A DNA stretch of 64,000 nucleotides from an uncultured Poribacteria bacterium (GTDB lineage Bacteria > Poribacteria > WGA-4E > WGA-3G): positions 160,001-224,000 of the forward strand of contig OX638351.1 of assembly GCA_951813565.1 (NCBI GenBank). Reading direction: 5' to 3'. The notes beneath the pieces are model-generated. The model saw only the letters and a program-made list of their open reading frames with translations, was not told the DNA's origin and did no database searches. A program made the position numbers and the translations under genes. Below, in pieces: positions 52,748 through 60,015 of the stretch (within the stretch, counting starts at the first letter, position 1; each line of letters opens with the position of its first letter).

Positions 52748-53263
52748 TTACCAGGGGATATAAACGCTGGTACTCCATCTTTTCGAAGATTCTCTAACAT
52801 CTCTTGCAGTGGCGTAACCATCTGCAAGACAGTATTCTATAGTGTCGGTTGTATCATACATATTAAACCAGTCCATATCACTGGTATACGCACCTTTATT
52901 GAGATACCTACGCCATTCACCACTTCGACCATCCCACTTATTCATCTCTATTACCCAATCATGGTTTAGCGTGGCACTTACGGTATAAGTGCCTTTGAGA
53001 AATTGAGAAGTCATGGCTCTGACTCTCGTTGATGCCTTGACCTGATGTCCTATTCCCTGCCACGCTTTTGTTCCTGCAGAACTCCATACCTCAACATCAC
53101 CATCATAAGCAGTTCGGGTTACACTGGCAGGAATTGGTGGAGGATCTACTACCTCTTCAGTACCCCCTCTGTTTGTTCCAGGTGATGCTTTCAGAAGTGA
53201 AGTAAATGTTGCTATTGTACATAGAATTAGCATAAGGGTTAGAAAAATCGCCACATGTTTCAT
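52748..53263 (-). CDS. Cassette 5 gene B: secreted protein ending SVYIPW
   Basis: Signal peptide; AGGAG RBS. Confidence 0.8.
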   Translation of the reverse strand: MKHVAIFLTLMLILCTIATFTSLLKASPGTNRGGTEEVVDPPPIPASVTRTAYDGDVEVWSSAGTKAWQGIGHQVKASTRVRAMTSQFLKGTYTVSATLNHDWVIEMNKWDGRSGEWRRYLNKGAYTSDMDWFNMYDTTDTIEYCLADGYATARDVRESSKRWSTSVYIPW

Positions 53264-53276
53264 GATAAAAAACTCC

Positions 53277-54023
53277 TTAAGGTAAATCTAAAAATTCGTA
53301 CGGGTCTATGCCCGCATCTTTATATTCAATAACTGTAAAATGTTCCGGAATGTCACTTTCATAAATAGTACCTCGATGGGAATCTTGCCAGGATTCAGTT
53401 TCAGGGGATCCCTGTATCATACTGGCATATCTTCTCGTTCCAAAAGGGGTCCGTTGGGTTTTCCATTTAACAATCAGCGTATTGGGATACGTCGGATAAA
53501 CTAATCCATTTTCCATTGCTTCACCGTGAGTCTTTTTCCCTTGTTCCCATAGCTTAATGCTAACACGAATCATTAATTCATCGTTTTTATCCCAGTCGTA
53601 ACTCCAAAAATTCGGATCTTCTCCCCCAGGATACCCATCAGGTAATTTTGGATATGGACCGAAACCGTAAGGCGACACTTTTACTATTTCCGTCTTTTCA
53701 GTTTCCTGCATAGATGCAGTAACGGCTTCAGTTTGTTCATTGGAGCTTATTTCCGTTTCTGCACCAGTCGCATTGGTTAGCGGTTTCTCACCATGTTGCG
53801 TATTGCTTTCCGCAGGTGCTTTCTCTGCCGCCTGTACTGCTTCGTTGACTGTATCCACTTTTTTAGCGGCTTCTTGTTGACGGAGTAACTTAGCGGATTC
53901 GGCTGCCTCTTGTCTATAAGGTGCCGTGTCATATCGGTACCATAAATAACACGCACCAGCAAATATTATAAGGAAGGCTATCGCACCAATAATCCATTTA
54001 TTAGTGATGATGTCTCGAGTCAT
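53277..54023 (-). CDS. Cassette 5 gene A, family I
   Basis: Shared N-terminus; SPYGFGPYPKLP...ELMIRVSIKLW...GIDPY. Confidence 0.85.
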   Translation of the reverse strand: MTRDIITNKWIIGAIAFLIIFAGACYLWYRYDTAPYRQEAAESAKLLRQQEAAKKVDTVNEAVQAAEKAPAESNTQHGEKPLTNATGAETEISSNEQTEAVTASMQETEKTEIVKVSPYGFGPYPKLPDGYPGGEDPNFWSYDWDKNDELMIRVSIKLWEQGKKTHGEAMENGLVYPTYPNTLIVKWKTQRTPFGTRRYASMIQGSPETESWQDSHRGTIYESDIPEHFTVIEYKDAGIDPYEFLDLP

Positions 54024-54401
54024 CTATAACCTCCGATTGTTGTGTGACACACCACATTGACGTGTCTGTTATGAGAGATTTTTTGTGATGCACCGTGGTT
54101 TTCCACTCGTCAGTGGAGGACGCGCACCATGCGCGTCTCTTTTTAGTGCGTTATCTCTCAGTGATTAACAATAATTATACAAGAACTGAAACAAAATGCT
54201 CAAGCAATTAACAATAATTTATGTGAAACGGGGGATGGGATATTATGCGAAGTTGTGCTATTTTTCTGATATTGTGCGGCGGGCGAAATCGCCACTAAAT
54301 TTATAGTGGGATTAGGGAGCAAAAGCGTGATAAAAACTGAAAGGTGTCTGAAAGAGTAGAGGCAGGTAACGTATTGGTTACCTGCCTCTGTTTGCTGTAG
54401 A

Positions 54402-54980
54402 TTAAAACGGCACATGTGCATAGGCACTATGCTGTACCGGTCCACCGCCATTGCCATCACCATCATCTCCTGAACCGCTGTCCCCACCCCCTCCTGGTAC
54501 CGGTGGAACTGGTGGTCTGAACCCAGTAATCCACGCCCACGAGGAAGCAAACGTAATATCGGGGAAGCCAGGAATAGGCCCAGCCCCTTTGGCAAAACTA
54601 GCAGATTGACTCTCGCTATCGTATGTACTTCCCTGAAAAGTACCAGGGTGCGCGCTTGGACCAAATCCTTGTATCCATACACTTGCAGAGACCCAATAAG
54701 TCCCTGTAAACATAGGGTCTACGGAATATGAGTACACAGCACTATTCGATCTGACTATATCTACATTATTATTGTTGTCTGTGTACGCTGCTCTATAAGC
54801 ATCTGCTTCAAGAGGGCCGTTAACATCATAGCCGCGTTCCCAGTTCCCCACCCAGCCTGTAGCAGGATCAAATTGTCCTGCGTCTTCCAAATCACGATTG
54901 GAAGTCTCACCTGTGAAACCTATAACGGCTACACCACAGAGTAAGGCTATTACCAGTAATCTGTAAATAATTCGTTTCAT
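54402..54980 (-). CDS. Cassette 6 gene B: secreted protein with Gly/Asp linker, ending AYAHVPF
   Basis: Signal peptide; AGGAG RBS. Confidence 0.8.
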   Translation of the reverse strand: MKRIIYRLLVIALLCGVAVIGFTGETSNRDLEDAGQFDPATGWVGNWERGYDVNGPLEADAYRAAYTDNNNNVDIVRSNSAVYSYSVDPMFTGTYWVSASVWIQGFGPSAHPGTFQGSTYDSESQSASFAKGAGPIPGFPDITFASSWAWITGFRPPVPPVPGGGGDSGSGDDGDGNGGGPVQHSAYAHVPF

Positions 54981-54993
54981 GAACTTATCTCCT

Positions 54994-55746
54994 TTATTTT
55001 AAGTTTAGAAAAACGTAGGGGTCAATGCCCCTCTCTCTCACTTCAATATCCTTCGGAATGTCACTCTCAACAAGTTTGCCTTTTCGTCGCATGATGTCAC
55101 TGAGAATTTTTCCCATGTAGGGGTCACCGCGCACACGGGATACACGTTTTTCTACAGTACCGTCTGGCAGTGCCTTATGATCCCATTCAATATAAACCAC
55201 CCCAGGAAGAGTAGGGTAAGCCAATCCGTTACTCATATTTCCACCGAGTGTTTGTATTCCTTGTGTCCAGAGCTTGATTTGGACGCGGATCAGCAGTTCA
55301 GCCTCTGCGCTGTAATCTTTGGAATAATCCCAAATATCTTGAGTCGGGTAATCCGGTGGGATATCCGGAAAAGGTCCAAAACCGTGAGGAGAAACGCGTA
55401 CTTCTTCAGCGTTTTCTGTTCCCTGCTTAGAGGCAGAAACATTCTCCGCTGCAGTATCGGTTTTCGCACCTGTTTCTAACACTTCATCAGTCATTTCGGT
55501 TATAGGTTTCTCTGCGGTTGGCGTTGTGCTTTCCGCAGGTGTCACATCGGCTGCCTGTTTTTCCGCGTTCTCAGTCTCCGCTTTTTGGGTTGCTTCCCGT
55601 TGACGGAGTAACTTAGCGGATTCCACTGCCTCTTGTCTGTAAGGTGCCGTATCGTGTTGGTACCATAAATAACACGCACCTGCAATTATTATCAGGAGGG
55701 CAATAGCACCAATAAACCATTTATTAGTGATGATGTCTCGAGTCAT
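54994..55746 (-). CDS. Cassette 6 gene A, family I
   Basis: Shared N-terminus; SPHGFGPFPDIP...ELLIRVQIKLW...GIDPY. Confidence 0.85.
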   Translation of the reverse strand: MTRDIITNKWFIGAIALLIIIAGACYLWYQHDTAPYRQEAVESAKLLRQREATQKAETENAEKQAADVTPAESTTPTAEKPITEMTDEVLETGAKTDTAAENVSASKQGTENAEEVRVSPHGFGPFPDIPPDYPTQDIWDYSKDYSAEAELLIRVQIKLWTQGIQTLGGNMSNGLAYPTLPGVVYIEWDHKALPDGTVEKRVSRVRGDPYMGKILSDIMRRKGKLVESDIPKDIEVRERGIDPYVFLNLK

Positions 55747-56140
55747 CTATAACCTCCGATTGTTGTGCAACACGCCACAACGGCATGTCTGGTATGAGAG
55801 TTTGCTCGATGCACCGTGGTTTTCCACTCGTCAGTGGAGGACGCGCACCATGCGCGTGGTGTATTTAGTGCATCTATCTCTCAACAATTAACAATAATTA
55901 TACAAGAACTGAAACAAAATACTCAAGCAATTAACAATAATTTATGTGAAACGGGGATAGGATATTATGAAAGGTTGTGCTATTTTTCTGATATTGTGCG
56001 GCGGGCAAAATCGTTTATAAGTTTATAGCAGAGATTTAGGGAACAAAAGAGTGGTAAAGAGTGAAGGTAGGTAAAAAGAGTAAAGGCAGATACCCATAAG
56101 GATACCGGCCTGCCTGATTTATATCAGATCATGTTGTGCG

Positions 56141-56857
56141 CTAATGTGCACTTGCATTTGGACAATTCGGATTTGCGTCTGTACACTCATCACAGTTCGG
56201 GGTGAGATCCGAACTACTGGTGCTGCTACCACTATCATGTGTCCAGGTCCAGCTTGAATGTTCTACGGTCCAATGTCCATCACTATCCCCTGTAGTGGTA
56301 GCGGTGGCTCCGTTTTCCCATGTTCCAGATACCCCTAAGGGTAATCCAGCTCTGACCTTGTAATAATACGGAGTGTAGTGGACTACTCCGTCGCCTTCCC
56401 AGGGATATGTACCTTCTGCCTCGTTGAAAGTGCCTGTTTCTGTGGCACTAACTTCTACGTCATGGCCATAGGATCCGAACGGAACACCTGGAACATACCA
56501 TCCGATCTCTATAGCTCCAGTCAAGTTTTGTTCGTTACCAACGTCCTCACCATCTATCTTACCCCATAATTGTACTTGTGCAAAGCCAAGTCCATGTCCT
56601 TTACTTTCGAGTTTGATAACAGGATCCTTTGGATGGTTATTCCAGAGTTCCTCATCAAAAGAACCATCTGCGTTATAGTAAGAAACTTTGCGAAAGGTCC
56701 AGCCATCTATATTACAAGAAATTGTGGGACTTGTTACTTCTAAAAACTTATTAAAAGGGTTATGGTCAAGAGTGTTTATAACCGCATTGTGTGCATATAA
56801 ATTATAAACACAAACCAAAACGATGAGTGTAAGGATAATGTATCGTCGTTTTAACAT
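56141..56857 (-). CDS. Cassette 7 gene B: secreted protein with Ser linker and Cys-rich tail
   Basis: Signal peptide; abuts gene A stop; ends TPNCDECTDANPNCPNASAH. Confidence 0.8.
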   Translation of the reverse strand: MLKRRYIILTLIVLVCVYNLYAHNAVINTLDHNPFNKFLEVTSPTISCNIDGWTFRKVSYYNADGSFDEELWNNHPKDPVIKLESKGHGLGFAQVQLWGKIDGEDVGNEQNLTGAIEIGWYVPGVPFGSYGHDVEVSATETGTFNEAEGTYPWEGDGVVHYTPYYYKVRAGLPLGVSGTWENGATATTTGDSDGHWTVEHSSWTWTHDSGSSTSSSDLTPNCDECTDANPNCPNASAH

Positions 56858-57634
56858 CTATAATTCTCCTTTCTCTTCTAAGATTGGAATTAAATAAGAG
56901 TAACCATGCTCTATGAGCGCAGCTCTCAGCTTTTCTTTCATAATACGTAGCGGTTTGTCAGGATCTGCTTCCTTTTCCTTTTTAGGTGCTACCCACAATG
57001 TACTGCCTTTCACAGGACGTTCCCTTTGTACTTCTTCGTACAATTGTCCCCATTCTGCCCAAAGTTGTTCTGCTTTCGCAGTGTTACCCTGCGCTTTTTG
57101 CCATCCTGCTTCTATTTTCAGTGCCCTGAGCATTTCATATTCCTCTAAAGTAGGGGTAAATCCTATGCCCATCTTGATTTCAACAATTGGCTCGCCTCTT
57201 TTATGTAAAATCGGTTTGCCGTTCTCGTCTAATAGTGGCACACCTGGAGACTTCCATCGATAGGTATACCCCCGCGGTGGAACTTTGAGTCCATGCTGCG
57301 TATAAAAGCTATCAAATATCTGCTGCTGTTGTTTTTCTGACAGTTTATGGAAATCGGAAGGAGTGAGTGTGTTCTCCGGATTTTCATCAGATGTTAGTTT
57401 CCCAGCAGCTGGCGTTTTGCTTTCCACAGAGGCATCGATTCCTTGTTCTCCTTCACTCTTATTGTCCACTTTTTTAGCGGCTTCTTGTTGACGGAGTAAC
57501 TTAGCGGATTCGGCTGCCTCTTGTCTATAAGGTGCCGTATCGTGTTGGTACCATAAATAACACGCACCAGCAATTATTATCAGGAGGGCAATAGCACCAA
57601 TAAACCATTTATTAGTGATGATGTCGCGAATCAT
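56858..57634 (-). CDS. Cassette 7 gene A, C-domain family III
   Basis: Shared N-terminus; PPRGYTYRW..PGVPLLDENGKPILHK..EP; no family I or II motifs. Confidence 0.85.
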   Translation of the reverse strand: MIRDIITNKWFIGAIALLIIIAGACYLWYQHDTAPYRQEAAESAKLLRQQEAAKKVDNKSEGEQGIDASVESKTPAAGKLTSDENPENTLTPSDFHKLSEKQQQQIFDSFYTQHGLKVPPRGYTYRWKSPGVPLLDENGKPILHKRGEPIVEIKMGIGFTPTLEEYEMLRALKIEAGWQKAQGNTAKAEQLWAEWGQLYEEVQRERPVKGSTLWVAPKKEKEADPDKPLRIMKEKLRAALIEHGYSYLIPILEEKGEL

Positions 57635-57782
57635 CTATAACCTCCGATTGTTGTGCAACATGCCACAACGGCATGCCTGTTATGAGAGTTTGCTCGATGC
57701 ACCGTGGTTTTTCACTCGTCAGTGGAGGACACGCACCATGCGCGTCTCTTTTTAGTGCGTTATCTCTCAGTGATTAACAATA

Positions 57783-57874
57783 ATTATACAATAGATGCAA
57801 TCAAATGTCAAGCAATTAACACTGAATTGTATAATATTAACAATAATAATACACAAAAAATCATAAAATGTCAA
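57783..57874 (-). promoter_or_regulatory. Tandem sigma70-type promoters at the head of the array
   Basis: TTGACA(57811-57806)-17bp-TATAAT(57788-57783) and TTGACA(57874-57869)-17bp-TATTAT(57851-57846). Confidence 0.7.
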
Positions 57875-57928
57875 GTAATTAACAATAAATTGTCGTTTTT
57901 TGACAATAATTATGCAAAATATGTTAAA

Positions 57929-59650
57929 ACCTACACTCCGCAGTTATGGATCTGGAAAATAAACATTTTTGACTTCTATTCCTAATATGTTGATAATCTT
58001 AGACTGTATTACATTTAGGTTTACGATAGTGCGTTGTATATGATCGTTTTGTTCTATCAATAATACGTCAATATTTTCAAACATTTGAAAGATGCGTCGG
58101 AGCGTTGGGGTTTGCGTGGGTTTACCGACTTGGTTGGGTATTGTTTGTTCCTGTTTTTCTAATTCCAACCGAACCCATTGTTCCGCAAGCGCATAAACAA
58201 GTAGCGAAAGTCCCATCACCATCAGTAATGCCATGATCCGTTGGGGTTTTTCTAAATATAGACTATTGGCAAAGAATAAAGGGTCTTTCAAAAACCGAAA
58301 ACCGCGTTCCACAGAGATGTTCTGTGCTTTATAGGCTTCAAGAATAGTGGCATCGTCAAGTAAAGTTGTATCTAACTCATTGGTAGCTAACACAAATCTG
58401 CCTTTGCTGCGTTTGAGTTTTTCAATCGCTTCTATATTCGCAACAGCTTCGCCCTCAATACGATAACGAAAGTGTGTGGGGTTATCTGTTTTTTTCGGTC
58501 GTCCCGATGTTGTGTAATGTGGAACAGAGATAATGGAGACGCATGGTTTATGATACTTCCAAGACTTGGATATTTCTGACACGGCAGCTTCAGCCGCTGA
58601 GTTGGTATCAAACGATTTATTTCGCAAGCGTTTGAGAGATGTTTCAGCAACAGTCTGTGCTTTGGCAATCTTTTTTTCTAAAGTCGCCACTTCACGATGA
58701 TACGCTGCTTCGGAATAAACAATTAGCCATCTTTGCGGGATATCTCCATAGCTGCTATCCACCGAAAGATAACGATACCCCTCAAGCGGTGCTGGCTGCA
58801 TATCTTCAGTAGAGATAGTTTGATAAAGTTCTTTGACAGCTTTGAGTGTTTCAGGAACACGCGTAATGAAACGCACATCACTGAGCACAGCAATGTTACG
58901 GGCAGTATAAAGCGCACTATCCGCTACAAAATAGGGCGCATCACTGCCACGCATTTGAGCCAGATACGCTCGGATCGTGTCAGGAAAACTTGTTTTATCA
59001 GCCTGATTTCCATCAAGTGCTTTGAACCATACAGGGAACTGAGACCGATAAGAACATAGAAGTTGAACAACCACTTGTTTGAGATCAGGGCGCTGATCAC
59101 GACTATACCCGTGAGTGATTTGGATCGCGTGTTCATCATCTGTTTCGGTATCATAGTTCCCATGAAAACTAAAAGTAGTGCTATCCAGATGAACAAAACG
59201 ATGGTCTATGTCAAATGTTGATAACGCCTTGGACGCAATCGTCGCAAAAAGTTCAGTGACCCCATTTTCATAAAGTGTATCTAAGGCACGCCCCAGACTA
59301 TCGTCCGTAAAATCGGCAGCACAGAGGTGAGGACGGATCAACAGGTCTACAGGTTTATTTTCAAAAAACTCTGGTGTCAAGTAGAGAGGGCGTGAAACAA
59401 AACCTAAAGCATTCAAGATCATTGCGGACACAGCTTCACCCACTGAAACTTTCCGTTTCGTTGGACCAATAAAAGTATCAATCGTGTCTATCAAGCCAAT
59501 ACGATCACACACACCGGCAACTATGCCGAGGTGATCTAAACGCTGAGTTGTAAAAGTAGGTTGAGTAATGATATTACCTCCTTATATGCAAGATATAAAG
59601 AGTATAACATAAATACTCAAAATCTGATTAAACAACTGCGGAGTGTAGGT
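57929..59650 (-). mobile_element. IS1634-family insertion sequence
   Basis: 17-bp perfect TIR ACCTACACTCCGCAGTT, 5-bp TSD TTAAA. Confidence 0.93.
57944..59569 (-). CDS. IS1634-family DDE transposase
   Basis: RLDHLGIVAG (upstream of the listed GTG), DDSLGRALD, HLDSTTF, GYSRDQRPDLKQ, VADSALY, VERGFRFLKDP. Confidence 0.92.
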   Translation of the reverse strand: MTQPTFTTQRLDHLGIVAGVCDRIGLIDTIDTFIGPTKRKVSVGEAVSAMILNALGFVSRPLYLTPEFFENKPVDLLIRPHLCAADFTDDSLGRALDTLYENGVTELFATIASKALSTFDIDHRFVHLDSTTFSFHGNYDTETDDEHAIQITHGYSRDQRPDLKQVVVQLLCSYRSQFPVWFKALDGNQADKTSFPDTIRAYLAQMRGSDAPYFVADSALYTARNIAVLSDVRFITRVPETLKAVKELYQTISTEDMQPAPLEGYRYLSVDSSYGDIPQRWLIVYSEAAYHREVATLEKKIAKAQTVAETSLKRLRNKSFDTNSAAEAAVSEISKSWKYHKPCVSIISVPHYTTSGRPKKTDNPTHFRYRIEGEAVANIEAIEKLKRSKGRFVLATNELDTTLLDDATILEAYKAQNISVERGFRFLKDPLFFANSLYLEKPQRIMALLMVMGLSLLVYALAEQWVRLELEKQEQTIPNQVGKPTQTPTLRRIFQMFENIDVLLIEQNDHIQRTIVNLNVIQSKIINILGIEVKNVYFPDP

Positions 59651-59677
59651 TTAAAATGAATATGAGCAAACGCTTTA

Positions 59678-59772
59678 GTAGGGACGATATGTTTATTCTT
59701 CTATGCCGTTCCTACGGAACTCAAGAGGCGTAGATAACATTTTTTCTATAAACATATCGTCCCTACGGGACT
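59678..59772. repeat. REP-like inverted pair
   Basis: gtagggacgatatgttta ... taaacatatcgtccctacgggact; same family as 27594-27795. Confidence 0.75.
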
Positions 59773-60015
59773 AAAGACACGGGCAAGATGGCAACACATA
59801 AAATTAACGGCATAGCAAAAAATCATCAAAATATTGAAAACTATATAACCCTGAGTACCAACAATTTTCCTTGCAAACAAAATCTCAATTGCGTATACTT
59901 TTCCAAATGCCTCTGATACGTCTTACTTCCGTATCAACATCCTACGTGTTGCAGCAAAATCTCCAACTGTAGTGGAATAAATAGAATATTAATCCTGGAT
60001 CTGCGGTACGGGTGC

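Larger units (their letters stand above)
45023..57875 (-). repeat. Tandem array of seven promoter+leader / gene A / gene B cassettes
   Basis: About 500-bp blocks (intergenic DNA plus first ~50 codons) repeated near-identically around starts 46055, 47753, 49389, 52355, 54023, 55746 and 57634. Confidence 0.95.

Noticed and set aside
52490..52778. Short ORFs in cassette intergenic blocks (also 48021-48272, 54200-54682, 55816-56028, 57704-57985)
   Set aside because: Frames are not preserved between the near-identical copies; they cross promoter and terminator motifs
54090..54120. Hammerhead-like CTGACGAG-stem in the cassette leader (minus strand)
   Set aside because: The required GAAA after stem II is replaced by GGTG, and other units read CTGACAAG or CTAAAGAG; a simple CCACT/AGTGG hairpin fits better
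45023..57875. CRISPR array, integron cassette array or DGR interpretation
   Set aside because: Repeats are about 500 bp and include coding sequence. There is no cas, integrase or reverse transcriptase gene in the window, no attC core sites recognised, and no adenine-specific TR/VR pair seen.
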